A stretch of 64,000 nt of DNA from Glaucostegus cemiculus. Taxonomy: Eukaryota. The notes beneath the pieces were generated by a model. That model saw only the letters and a list, made by a program, of their open reading frames with translations. It had not been told where the DNA came from and did not search any database. Positions 1-13,500 of this stretch are shown here, piece by piece. Where the stretch lies: NCBI GenBank assembly GCA_976551045.1, contig CDPCPM010000323.1, positions 3,038,001 through 3,102,000 on the forward strand. The letters run 5' to 3'. Position numbers and translations under genes: made by a program. Within the stretch, counting starts at the first letter, position 1. Every line of letters starts with the position of its first letter.

Positions 1-2032
1 TCCAATGAGAAAGTCTTGGAAAGCAAGTACAATGTAAAGGTTGAGAATTGTAAATGGGACTCTGTTGTTATTTGCATATATTTATTTTTGTATTTTCTTA
101 CTATGTAGAACAAACCTATTTTGAACACTGCCTTTCAGATTAAACAAGGTAGTTTTAAATAGTTGTGGCAAAATGGAGCCGCAGAATCTGAAATGCATAA
201 ATGGATTTTTACTGATTGTTACCCCAAAAGTATGCACTGAAAAGTGAAATAGATCTTGGACAAAGGTGTCTTCTACATTTGCATTTTTTTGAAGTAGCTT
301 TCACATTTCTATGCACATCTGTTCGAAAACAGTGAAGTTTACATGAAAGTGCCCATTTGTCTTTGGTAATCCATTAAATATGATATATTGGAAAGGTATT
401 AAGTGAGGAAAAGTTGCTGGCAATTTGCAAGTATCAATATTTTCTTCCACAGACCAGCTTGGATTTTCATTGAAATTCATGTTACTGAGATCAGCATAAA
501 CATGACTTCTTTATCTAGTCATTCCTTGTGTTTTAATTACCAGATGTCAGCTATGACATTAACTAATATTTAATTTATTCAATTATTCTGTTTCATTAGC
601 ATGGAATGTAAGATTTAAGAGTTCTCTGAATTGAGATTTTAACTTCCTTGTAGAAACTCTCCCTTAAATTGATAATTTTTAACGTGTGCATAATATCATG
701 CATTATGCACATTTGCAACACAAAATGAATCATCATATTGAGAAATTTTGAGAATTTTAGATAAAAAAGGCAGGGATAAGATACATGAATGAAATGGAGA
801 GAAAATAACTGACCGTCAAAACTTGTATAGCTCAGAGATGCAAATGATAATTAAGTTAATTGTTAAGAGTAAAGTAAATGCAAAGTTTAAATAATGCATG
901 GAAAGTATTATATTGATTAAATATGTTTGCCAAATTTGTGTTTTAATCTAAGGAAATGCTCAAAAAAATCTTGCTGATGTATGATTAGATGTAATTTTAT
1001 TAAAGTGTAGTATCTACAAGCTCATCAAACTGCTGATTTTTGACTTCTTGCCCCATTGTGAGCTCTCCCTTCAATGCGTCCTATTTCTGCTTTCTGCATG
1101 CCAGAAAGTTCCCTTGAGGCAGCCAAATTAACTCTATTTGAAAAAGCTTTCAGACCTGATTATGTTTGCTGCAATTGATTCTGCAGATTTTGGAGTACAT
1201 TATCTCATTCATGAATAGTTAAGAATTAATTCACTTTTGGGAACATAATTTATTGCTGCCTTCAGAACATAGTGCTGCATTTTACATTTTCTTAGGTGGT
1301 TCGCAGAATTTGCTTCATTTTTCAAAAATTGAATGTGTTTGATAGTGATATTGGTAGCAAATGTTAATTCAAAAACAAATCCTAACAGACTGTTAAAAGC
1401 AGAGACAAATTATTTTGCCACAAACTAAGTTAAGGCAGTTGTCATTAATTCCATCATCTTGCTGCATTTTGTTTTCCCACTTCCAAGGGAGGCCTGTTGA
1501 TTCATGTTTAAAGATTGTTCTTAAATAATTTTATCATAAAGATTTAAAGTTTAAAAATGGTGAATTAAGGTGGACTGGTTCTCTGCCTCAATGCCTACAA
1601 GCACCATGTGCTTACCTGAGCCTGATATAGTGGGTTTGTCTTGTTAGTGCCTTGCACCCTTGAATCTAGCAAGTGGGCCTTGGGCCCATCCTCATTGATT
1701 TTACTATTTTAAATAAGGTCACTGGTACAATTATCTGTAAATTACATAATTGTTTATGAATAGGTATAGGTATTTTGTTTAGAACATGAACTCAAATCTA
1801 TTTTTAGATGTAGTCTTCCATTCCCTTATGCACCAACCTTAGGCAGATATCACAGAAAATGCCATGTTCTCTGACACAAGAAGTGAAGAATTACATTCAC
1901 AGAAAATCTTGCAGTGTGCAACATTGCTCGTGTATGCTCCAAAATTTTAGAAAATCTTTGCCTTGCACCAGGAAGGAATTTAGTTATTCAAAGTTCTGAT
2001 ATAATGCTGGACATGCTTCCTGAAAAGTACCG

Positions 2033-2548
2033 TAGAACAATACAGTACAATACAGGCCCTTCAGCCCACCATGTTGTGCTGTCCATCAAACCTCAGATGA
2101 TCTAACTCTTTCCTCCCACATATCCCTCTATCCCACATTCCTCCAGATGCCCATCCAGCAACCTCTTGAACCTGTCCAACGTATCTGCCTCCACCACCAC
2201 CCCAAGCAGCGCATTCCATGCACCAACCACACTCTGGGTGAAAAACCTCTGACATCTCCCCTGAACTTTCCACCCAATACCTTAAAGCCACGCCCTCTCG
2301 TCTTGAGCATCTGTGCTCTGGAGAAAGAGGTGCTGGCTGTCAACTCTATCTATTCCTCTCAATATTTTATACACCTCTATCAAGTCTCCTTTCATCCTCC
2401 TCTCCAATGAATAAAGCCCTAGCACCTTAAGCCTCTCCTCATATTCCATACCCTCTAATCCAGGCATCATCCTGGTAAATCGCCTCTGTACTCTCTCCAA
2501 CGCCTCCACATCCTTCCTATAATGCGGCGATCAGAACTGAACACAATT
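2033..2548 (-). mobile_element. CR1-type LINE 3' fragment
   Basis: Minus-strand ORF EALERVQRRFTRMMPGLEGMEYEERLKVLGLYSLERRMKGDLIEVYKILRGIDRVD is the CR1 ORF2 C-terminus, followed by a CR1-type tail. Confidence 0.9.
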
Positions 2549-5500
2549 CAAAAGTACTTTTGACTATTATGTCAGAGTGGGTAAAAGCATTTGTAAAACA
2601 TTGAACATGTTGGATTTTAACTTGCTTGACATAATGCACTAACTTTGTAATGTTTATTAACCTTTGTACTTGTATTATGTAATTTGAGTTACTTTTCACC
2701 CCAGCATGCATAGCATGTTTGCATTTCAAACAGTTAACTTTAAAATCATGAACACATCATGACCTCAGTTTTCAAGTTGGAGCGGGGATATTTTATTCTG
2801 TGACTTCATGTAAAACTTGGCTAAGTATGAGTGAGAAGACAAATAAAACTGCCCCTGTTGGGTACAAAGCCATGATAATAGTGAATTACTGCAATGATTC
2901 AAAATCTCAGATTGTGGTAGGAGTAGCTGGTCTGGTTTTAATGTTGTTATCTTGAGCTGCAATAAGCTGAAGCAGGGCATTCATTGTGTGACCCATGCTG
3001 TTTTCTTGCACTGTTGAGTTCAGATTTTGCATCTTAGCCAGTTGAAAGTTCAAGTTGATCACTGTGTATTGATGGTGGGAATGGTGGGACCCATGGTTTC
3101 CCTCTTCCTCTTCGCTGGCCCCCCCCCGCCCCCATTTTCACCTGACCATGTACAGGAGTTAATGCTGAGGAGCCCTTAGGTCACATAGTACTGGGTGTGC
3201 TTGATACAGAGTTTAGCTCCGTCCATGAAGTAAAGTTGACCCCAGTCCAAAGTACTGTCCCTTCAAACACACCCAGGTCAGCTTAAAAATAAATGTTAAT
3301 CTTCATCTTCATTGCCCAATCAAAATCTGACCATATTTACAAACAAAGTTAGCATTGTATTACAAGTCACTTTGTATTCTCTCTGTATGTTTCTCCATAT
3401 CTTACTATCTCTTTCTCTGTCATTTTCTATATATTTCTCTGTAACCTGTTCATCATGAAAGAGTGGATTGCTCTTTCAAGAGGCAGCATAGACTGAATGG
3501 ACCAAGTAGATGCTGCCTTTGCTTTCATAGTTATATTCCATTCTACTCTTTCAGGATGGAGGGGTCAGTTGACAGCAATCAGAGCCAGGTTTACTATCAT
3601 TGACATGTGAGATGACATTTGTTGTTTTGCAGCAGCAGTACTGTGCAAGACAGTGTAAGACTTAAAGACATAAAAAAATACTGTAAGTTATAAAAATAAA
3701 TGGTGCAAAAGAGGAATAATGAGGTAAAGTTCAGTTATCACCTTGTCGAGAAGGTACTTTTGCTATTAGTTACCAGACATGACTTTTCTATGACAAGTTG
3801 TGTGCAAATCAAGCAATTTAAAATTAACAAGGAAGTTATGGATAGGATGCTGATTGTGTGAAATAAACAGGCAGGTATACAACTACTTAATCGAGCAGCA
3901 AATTCTATGCAACTTGCATCCAATTTCATAAAACTCTCCTAACATTGCATACTGAGATGCAAAGGCAGAATTTTTATTAAATTTGTGTTTGAAATGTTAC
4001 CAAGACTATTAAACTTGATTTCATGAAAGAATTTTGCAAACAGTATAACCAGTGGAGGCACACTGAATCACTGACATCAACTTAAGGATTTTCATGGTAG
4101 GCTTGGCATTAAAGGAAATCCTGAAGTTTCTATTAATTTTATAATGTAATAATGAACACGGTAGTCTTGATCTTTGTACAATCACAATTCCTGGGTTTAT
4201 TTTTGACATAAGAAATACCTCTTCAATCTTCTACTTATTAATTTGTATTTAATTGGGTTTTGAAAAGGACACAGCATCTATGCTTGGATACAGAGATAAA
4301 TCACCGTTGTTGCTGTATTCCCTGTTCTGAGGTTACCATGATTTATTTAGTCTGGAGAATCGGTGCTAATTCATGCTTGATTTGAAAGATGCTACAAAGT
4401 CAGTATATCCCAAATCTCCTTACATACAAGAACAGGCAGAGACTTGGGCATGTTACCATCTTCTTGTTCCTTTCTAATCCTGAATTGAATATGTGTTGTG
4501 GCTTCAGCAGAGCTGGGTCAGAAACTTGTAATACTTCCCTTGTCAGCACTGGAAATAACTTCACAGCAAGGACTGCAGTGGTTTAAGGTGGCACCTCACC
4601 ACCATCCTCTCAAGGACAAGGATAAATTGGAACTAAATGCTGGGCTTCCCAGCAATGCCCTCATTCTGTGTTTGAATTTAAAAAAAATTCGAGGATCCTG
4701 TTCTCACCTGGCACCTGCACAAACACAGGTCGTTGATGAGTGCTCAGCTGAGGGAACTATGTTAATTTAAGAAACATACTCTTACACTTTTTTTTCTCTC
4801 TATCCAGGACCCTGAAGAAAATAATAGGGCTCCTGCTGCTGTTCAAGCTGAGATCAGGCTTGGCACAGGTTAGGAACCTGGGACTTGGTTGATCTGTGTG
4901 ACTCAGCTGCTCACCAATTTAATCAGCTGGGCCTTTTGTGGAATAACTTAATTTTAATAAAAGGCTCAGCAAAGGATCAGCACACTTTACAGAACTTCAG
5001 CAGAAGTTTAAAAAGATAAAATACCTCATTAATTGTTGTAATCTAACTTCTGACATGGTATCTGCTTTTTTATTTGACTGGATTTAAAAGCCTCTTTGAT
5101 GGAATGATGTTTTGTTTAATCTGTTCAACAAAAGAAGCCCATGGGTGTGCTTTCAGTTGCTATTTAAAGAAGAGATCTGACTTGGGAATTGTGCTGATAA
5201 CAAAAACTATTCATGCAAACCAGTCGCCGGGAGGTGTGGCACTATACCTGACTTGCAGAAACAGAATAGAGCATGAACTTGTAACAACAAGAATGAGGCT
5301 ACTCAGGCATTTTATTTTTTCAGAAAAACAGCTGCAGTTTCTTGCAGCATTGCTGCTTAAAATTTCCATTTGGATTGGTAAAAAATCTCACTTGATTTCA
5401 CATTTTTAATTATCCTTTCACTGTTTAAAATATTCTGTGAATTATAATTTAATGCTGTGTGGTTTTGTAGATCCTAATCTTTAAAATGGTGTAGAACAGA

Positions 5501-5559
5501 TTTGGTTACAAGTGGACACTGGGATGGATTTTTGTTTTTGTTATGGGGAGAGACTAGAA

Positions 5560-5940
5560 CGGCAGGGTTTGTTTTCTTTGGACCAAAAGAGGCTGAGAGA
5601 AGACCTGATACAGATATATCAAATGATAAGAGGCATAGTAAGGTCAGATGGTAAGAAACTTTTCCCAATGGCAGAATTGTCTTAAGACCAGAGAGTATCG
5701 GTTTAAAGTAAGGAGTGAGGTTGTAAAGGGAATTTTCACCCAGAGGATGGTTACAATGTGAAACACACTGCCGGAGACAGTGGTGGGGGCAGGTACACTC
5801 ACAACATTTAAGAAGCATCTGGATGAGCACTTAAATTGGCAAGGTATTGGAGGTTATGGATCAAGTGCTAATAAACGGGATTTGTATTGTTGAGGCTTAA
5901 TGGACATGGTGGGCCGAAGGGCTTGTTTCTGTACTTTACT
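5560..5940 (+). mobile_element. CR1-type LINE 3' fragment (degenerate)
   Basis: Contains gggtttgttttctttgga...aggctgagagaagacctgatacag and the tail gggccgaagggcttgtttctgtac. Boundaries approximate. Confidence 0.8.
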
Positions 5941-6949
5941 GAATTACTGTAATATAGTTCTGTAGGTGTGGGGGATAAAACTGAATTCACTTAAAGGGAT
6001 AAAAATAGTGGTCTGAGATTATGAAAATCATTGGTGTCCAGAGATCACCTGACGCATTACCAGACTTGTGATATTGAATGCAATAATTCTAAAGAATTTA
6101 TGAGATGGTGAAAACAAGGGACAACTCAAACCTTGCTGTCAGTATCATAATTTTTTTTGCAAATGTTTTGTTGTATGGAAATATAGGAAATATTCCTTTT
6201 GAGAATACTTAATTTGTGTTAAAGTAGAACTTCCAAGAAGAGGACTCCCTACTACATATTCATTGTGTATGGAGCTAAACACTTTTGACCCATTTTGAAT
6301 GCGGTGGGTTGTCATATCCGACTGTGATCCTGAGCTCAGCTGGGATCCACAGAACTTTTTTTTAAATCAAGAATTATTACATGGTAGTTGAAAGTAAGAA
6401 AATGTGCATGTTACTTCTATACCTCTGCCTTACTACGTTCCATTCCATTTCAGCAGAGCAAATCGAACCTCCCAAATATTGCTTTATTTGATATGCCCAA
6501 ATGTAGAATAGAGCTGAAGCTTGCATACTAACTTCAGCCAGGATTAGAGAAATCAAGGTGCGCATTGGTAAGGCAGATTGGAAACTTTTAAAGCACACTG
6601 AATTGACGAACTGATTAAACAATCCTAGTGAACATTTTCTCTCACCTATTTTACATTGTTTAAAAAAAGTCTTTCTGGTTGCAAGTTAAATTATATCTTG
6701 TAACAAAAGTGTTAGGTTTTGATTGTTTTTATTTTTTTAAGATTGTAATGTTTTGTTTAACTGATTTTTAAAAAAAAAACTTGGAATGTTTCTGAATATT
6801 GGGAACATATAGTGTCCTTGACAGATTTGACAGCTGGCAAAGCCTGGGGGTGTGACTGACTTGTTTTTTTGTTTTTCCTGAGCACGGCTGTGGGTAAGGG
6901 ATCAGATTTAATATTTCCAGGTTACTGTGAAAGTGAGTATGTTAAGGAT

Positions 6950-7680
6950 GCACAGAGGCTTTGAAGGGATGTAAACAAGCTGTGTGAGTGGACTATCACT
7001 TGGCAGATGAAGTACAATGTGAAAAAATATAAAGTTATTGACTTCAATAGGAAAAACAGAAATGCTGAGTTTTTTTTAAATGGGGAGAAGTTGGGAAATG
7101 TTGATGTTCAAAATGACCTGGGTGTCTTCCTACAAATCACTGAAAGCTAACATGCAGGTGCAGCAGGCAGTTACAAAGGCAGAAAGCATGTTGGCCTTTA
7201 TATCAAATGTATTTAAATACAAGAGTAAAGAGAGTGTTTTGCTGATAGCACACCTGGTGTACAGTTTTGATCTCCATACCAAAGGAAAGATACACTTGCT
7301 ATAGAGTCACTGGATTGGGATGGTAAATCTCTTGTATGAGAAGAAATTGTGAGGGAGGGTTTAGAAGAATGAGAGATGATCTCATTTAAACATACAAAGA
7401 TCTCAGAGGGCTTGACAGCATGGATGCATGGAGGATGTATCCCCGGCTAACTAGAGATCACATTCCAAAAATAAGAATTTGGGAATTGGTGCTGGAATGA
7501 GAGGAAAACTTACTCATTCAGTTGTCGGGAAATCTTTGAATTCTCTTCCCTAGAAGGCTGTGGAGGCTCTGTCATTGATTGCATTTAGAACAGAGATTTA
7601 AAGGAGTCAAGGGAAATGAGGGTCGGGCCAGAAAATGGCTTTTGAAATAAAAGATCAGCCATTTGAATGGTACAGCTGCT
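6950..7680 (+). mobile_element. Degenerate CR1 LINE ORF2 3' part
   Basis: Contains tggcagatgaagtacaatgtg (WQMKYNV) and QVQQAVTKAESMLAFI. Boundaries approximate. Confidence 0.75.
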
Positions 7681-7854
7681 CTTAAATTGGTATTTTCTTA
7701 CGGACCCAGAATTTCCCTGGCACTCTTCTAAACATTGTTCCTTGCCATTTTTAGTCCACAATTAGTGGTTGCTTTTATTGGCCAAAGCCCTTTCATCATA
7801 CCATCTTTTGAGATAATTTATTTTCTTATTTCTCTAACATGCTCTGACTTAAGT

Positions 7855-8145
7855 ACTCAGACCAGAGGGCACAGCCTCAGAATAGAACAGAGATGAGGAG
7901 GAATTTCTTTAGCCAGAGGGTGATGAATCTGTGGAATTCATTGCCACAGACAGCTGTGGAGGCCAAGTCACTGGGTATATTTAAAGCGGAGGTTGATAGG
8001 TTCTTGATTAGTGAGGGCATCAAAGGTTAAGGGAGAAGGCAGGAAAATGGGGTTGAGAGGGAAAAATAAATTAGCCATGATCAAATGGCAGAGCAGACTC
8101 AAAGGGCCGAATGGCCTGATTCTGCTCCTATGTTTTATGGTCTTA
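7855..8145 (+). mobile_element. CR1 LINE 3' end, younger subfamily
   Basis: Contains gaggaggaatttctttagccagagggtgatgaatctgtggaattcattgcc (RRNFFSQRVMNLWNSLP) and the tail gggccgaatggcctgattctgctcctatgtt. Confidence 0.85.
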
Positions 8146-8384
8146 GGTACCTCTGCTCAGCTTGAGAAATTGTGGTTCAACATATTACCTTGCTTAGATG
8201 TAAGATCATTATTCCAAAAGCAAAAATATATGTTAGGTAGATCATATATATTGCAATATAAGTGGAGAAGATTTCTTCCAAGCTACATTACCAGCTTTCA
8301 TTGGCATGAGACCGTTTATTTGAAAACCTAACTAGATATGAATATTTTTGAAGCTGTATCTTCCTTCATTGTATGCTTACTAAA

Positions 8385-8624
8385 TTTTATTTACAGTGTG
8401 GTAACAGGCCCTTTCGGCCCAACGAGTCCATGCCGCCCATTTTAAACCCCCCCAAATTAACCTACCCATATGTCTTTAGAATGTGGGAGGAAACCGGAGC
8501 ACCCGGAGGAAACCCACGCAGACAGGGGAGACCGTACAAACTCCTTACGGTCAGTGACAGGAATCGAACCCCGATCGCTGGCACTGTAACAGCGTCGCAC
8601 TAACTGCTATGCTATCGTGCCGCC
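8385..8624 (-). mobile_element. tRNA-derived V-SINE (HE1-like) with CR1-type tail, type A
   Basis: V-domain aatgtgggaggaaaccggagcacccggaggaaacccacgcagac and tRNA head with B-box (ggttcgattcc on the minus strand). Near-identical copies at 26001 and 63151. Confidence 0.88.
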
Positions 8625-10405
8625 TATATATTCTATTGGCGCCTATATGTTATATATAGGGGATATATATATATCTCCTATATATATTATATTCTCTTGC
8701 TGAGCATGGAGTAAAGGCTTTAAGTAAAGCAAAATAATTCTGTTCTAAATTCATAGCAAATAATTATATAGAAATTTCTAACATGGCTGGGTAACAATAT
8801 GGTAACTAAATGGTTTAGAATTTTATATTTCAAGCTGCATTTTTTTAAGAGCGTCTATCATTTATAGCTTATTCTGTAAATCCTTAGGGAATATTTTTTT
8901 GCCATTCAAATATTGTCTGGTCATCAATGTGCTTGAGCCTTCTAAGGCAACAGCAGACAGAAGAATTTTCTCCCTTTGCCAGTTTGCCAAAAATTTAAAG
9001 CTGAGAGATTTTGGCATATTACCATTCAATGCATAGCTTGGACTTCTTGCAGCCTGGACAGGGGCAAAATATTCCCAGTGACTTTAGTATTTGGACATTT
9101 GTTGCATGGAATATATTTAATATTGCAAAAAAAAAATTCAGACTTAGTGCACTGTGGGGGGGGAAGGGCATCATTTTAATTGTTTACAGATTTGTACATC
9201 AATAAAGAATAGAAAATGTCTGGAAATACTCATCAGATCTTGTAGAATCTTAAGGATAAACAGCTAAACTTTTAGTTTGATAAGCTCTCAGCAGAACTGG
9301 GTTACTGCACATAGTTGATATGATGGGTGGAGGGATCATTCCTGAACTTCACACGGGTGTGTACTATTAGGTTTCTAGGATAATTAAGGTATAGTATTGT
9401 GGCAGTTTTACTGAGGCCTGGAAAGCCATCAGTGGTATGCTATGAGGGAAATACAAGTCAATGACTTTCAATAGAAAATAATCATATGAAAAATTATTAC
9501 AATTACAGTAGTAAATAGTTGTAGAACACAAATATAGACATGTTGTTCAACAAAAGAGGCATAAAAGCTGTTGGAGCTGGGTACTGCAGCCATAGCCTAT
9601 GACAACTTGGCACAGGGAGATTTTTGCAAGTGGAAGCTTATCCATGGGAGAGATATAATCCACGAAGACCTCCCTTGCACTGAATTACTTGTTGAAAATG
9701 ATGTCTGTTTGTGGGAGCTTAAGCATTTTTTTTACTAAACTTTCTGATCCTGGTTAATCATTTTGCCCTTGTGCTTATTATCCTGCTATACACAGGAAAA
9801 CAATTAATAGTCTTTAATGCACATTCTGATTCTCACAGAACATATTTATTTCCTTGTACTGATTAATGGTATTAAATAAGTTGCACTTTAAAGTAACAAA
9901 TTTACAATTTATTTCTTAAAATGTTATCAAAATTAAGCTAAGGGTAGTTGTGTACTGTGTGATGTTTGAGTTTTCATTCTGCAAGTTTTTGCGCATCTGT
10001 ATAGCATGACTTAGGTTACTATATTAAATGTTTAGATCTTGGTGCACTCTGAATTTGGTGATTTTTTTTTTCCAGTGTAATATCACCTGGAAAGCTACTT
10101 CTCCTGACCTCTGAGATTTTGCTTGGTGATGCCAGTATTCTGAGTATTGCTAGCTTTTCAGCAGTGGCGTTTATAAATATTTGAGAAAAATTATTCTTCT
10201 GTTATTTAATTATACTTGCATAAACCATTTCTTAAGTTGGAATGTGACTGATTTAAATGTTTTAAATGTAGGGGCAATGCATAATGTGCAGTGATTTCTC
10301 ATGTGTTATAAGATTAATCATTTTAATAGTAATTTTGCTGTACTTTATTTGTGTGTTGTGAAAAAATTTAAAATTTGAAGCATGGTTATCTTTTTTTTCT
10401 AGCAG

Positions 10406-10533
10406 TACATCAAAATACCCGCTCCTAAATCAGATTGCCATGAAGGTGTGCGGTGTTTTTCATTCTACCTGTCAACTGACAGCAAAGACAAGCCTCAAGC
10501 AAGCTTTGACTGCATCCACCAGTATGTTTCTAG
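10406..10533 (+). CDS. ELL2-like: ELL-like exon (equivalent to ELL2 exon 3)
   Basis: Acceptor tttttttctagcag, donor AG|gtaaaa. Reads [42 protein letters not shown], matching ELL2 [22 protein letters not shown]. 128 nt, ends in phase 2. Alternative NAGNAG start at 10403. Confidence 0.92.
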
Positions 10534-13500
10534 GTAAAATAAAATATATGGCAGTTAAGGCAAGTTCTTGTATGTCACTTGTTTCAAGTCAAGTACAGGC
10601 ATTCCCCAGGTTACAACAGGGTTCCATTCCCAGCAGTTCGTAGCCCAAACTGTTTATAAGTTGGAAATGAACGAAACTAGTGTGTGGAAGAGGATCACAG
10701 AAACAGCTGTGACATGAGAGTGAGAGGCATGGAAAGAGCAGCCGGCCGCACTGAGTTGGTGAGTGAGCGAGTAAATTTGCAAGGCACTCCCAGCTGTGCT
10801 TGGCTCAACCCAGCCCTGATTGTTGTGACTCATGGGTAAGTGGGTAGAGCAGACATGCGTCGGTGCCCCATTCCCACCTGGGAGAAGATGCCTGCACCCC
10901 TGCGTCAGCTGGCAACTCCATCCCCATCCATCTCATTGGTCTCCGAAATGCTTGTTCATATGTATGGGGTGTCCATAAGTTGGGTGCTCGTAACCTGGGG
11001 AGGATCTGTACCTTCTGTAAGGAGCTTAAAATATATCACTCCACTGTCAATAAACATAAACATTCAGTTGGTACTTTATAAAATATGTGATATCTTTGCA
11101 GTGTTCCCATATTTGTTTTTACTCTTTATTGTTCACTCTTCTGTAATCTTGTTGCCTTCTGTGTGAAATGCTTGCTATTGAGTTGTTTGCTGATTATTCT
11201 GTCTTCCTCCTGTTTACTCTCGTAATCTTTCTCCAGACATTCTTAAACCCTCCTTTTAATTGTTTGTTGATTAAATGCAGAGGCTAGAAATCAGTACTCT
11301 TTTGTGGTGTTTTTCCACTTTAGTCATATATGAATGCTTAAACTTTGTTTAGTGTTGGGTGGTTAGTTAGAAGGATCATTTATCAAGTGCTACAATTAAA
11401 TATTATATATGTCATTGGAATTGTAATTACTAATTGGAGGCACAGTTTTAGTAATATGTGAGTGAGATGCACACTGATTGGGTGGCTTCCTCTGAGGGCT
11501 TGTGATTGATATGGGGAAATAGTTAAATTATATATCTTAAACATTTGTAAATGGCATACTGTTTACATGTATTGCAGTATTGCCTCAATAAGATTTGTTG
11601 TATTTGTTTTCCCTTTAATACAAATGTCTGATTGCCTCCCCTCTTTTGTCCACCTATCACTGCTCTGCTTTTCCTTCCTACATATTGCGCTTCCCCTTTT
11701 CCTATCTTCAGTCCTAAAGAAGGGTTCTGAACTGAAATGTTGACTGCCTGCTTTTCTCCACGGATGCTGCCTGGCCTGCTGAGCTTCCCCAGTATCATAT
11801 TGTTTTTCAAATAGAAAGGACTTGCATTTTTACTCTAGCATTTGTATTTTTGGTATTGTTCACATCCTTGTATTGCTTTATTGCTAATTAATTACTTTCT
11901 TTCTTGTGAATATAATCTTTAACCTGACTGATGAAGCAAATAGGCAGTTGATGTCTCATCTGGAACGTGATGGCTTCAAAATTCATTGGCACCAAAAGAT
12001 TGAGATTGTCCATCATTATGATCGTGGGCCCATTGCATAAAAATTCTATCGTATCTGGCATTCAAGGCGTCAAGTGCTCCTGTATAGTTCTTGCACAACT
12101 TCCTTTGCTGTCAGTGCCATTGTGAAAGAGGAAGTCTGAGAGCAGGCCCGGATCCAGGGAGGGTGAAGGGAATTATTAAGGAAAGAGCATTCCAAAAGTC
12201 AGGTTGTTGGTTTGGGTCTGGAAGTTTGGAGATAGGTAGTTAGCGGGAGTGGGTGTAACCAAATTAGGAGATTGGTGGATGTGGATAGCTGACTATCATG
12301 AAGTGGGGGTGGATGGGTAGTGCTGGGAAACCAAAAGAATGCAGGTGAATAATTAAAGTGAACCTATCTGAGTTAGGTGTCCAGTACCAGGCTGTGATCT
12401 GCTCAGAAAGGCAACCTTCAAATCAATCTGCTGTTCTGATAGCAGCACTTTTAAAAACTGGTTACTCAGAGAGTGCTTAATGACAGCTGTGCCTCAAGCC
12501 AAGTATACTACTATTCTATCAGCATTCTATTGCATTATATGGTCAACATGTCACTAGACAGGATCAGTGTGATTCACTACAACCACCAGAGATAGTTTCA
12601 AACCATCATGGCTTGACCCACAAATTCCGATCTAGGAGAAAAAAAATCTACTTTCATTCACGTGCATTACGAAGACAGCATTACTCATCCAAATTTCTAG
12701 GCTGACACTGCTAATAATGCATCACACTCTTAATGCTCAAGTCCCGGCAAGAAGCTGGAAATTATGATCTTCTGACTGATTGAATTCACTGCTGCTGTGT
12801 TTTGTAACTCAAAACGCAGTGAAAGCATTCCATGTTTTTAAAAAATTGTGACCAGATCTGCTGCTTTTGTGTTATTGCTGCACTAATTTCAGCTCAACAT
12901 AAAAGCTATTTTGTGGAAGTATACAATCTTGTTCATTCATTGCTAGAGTTGCACCAGGTCTGAAAAACATCGAGGGAAATTCAAACAGCAGCAGTTTATT
13001 ATTTCCCAGCCAAGAATAACATTCTGGTCTCTCAGCATTTGCCTTTATTGCAGCCATGTTTCTTTTAAAATACTCCAAATGTTTGAAATTAAATTAGAAA
13101 AATAAGTGCTTGAACATTTAACAGATTTGTATTATTTATCAATGATTATATTGTTTAAAAATAATTGAGTTGACATAACTAATATTTCTGTGGTGCAATA
13201 TTCCTTGGTATGGTGGTGTTGCAGCAGTTAAATTATTTGAGTGCCCAGTTCAGAAATCTGATATCAAATTTCACCATGGCAGTTGTGGAATTTAAATTCA
13301 GTTGATACCCTGAAATTTTAAAAAAGATCATTAGTGATGATGAACATAAAAACCCATCTGGTTCACCAATGTCCTTCAACAAAGGAGTTCTACTTTAGTT
13401 ATTCAGTATGGTCTATATGGGACATCAAGTAGTTGACCCTTAAACACTCTGTTTAAGGGTTTAGCAAGCCACACAATGCAAGGGATATTATGGTGGCTTT

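Noticed and set aside
4808-4868. Cryptic 61-nt exon with a strong pyrimidine tract and CAG|gttagg
   Set aside because: It would shift the frame, has no ELL similarity and appears repeat-derived; no support without RNA data.
1-10400. ELL exons 1-2
   Set aside because: No 48-nt phase 0/0 exon resembling P.I.FQG.QG and no CpG island was found. 109-148 (NKPILNTAFQIKQ) has the wrong phase and no real similarity.
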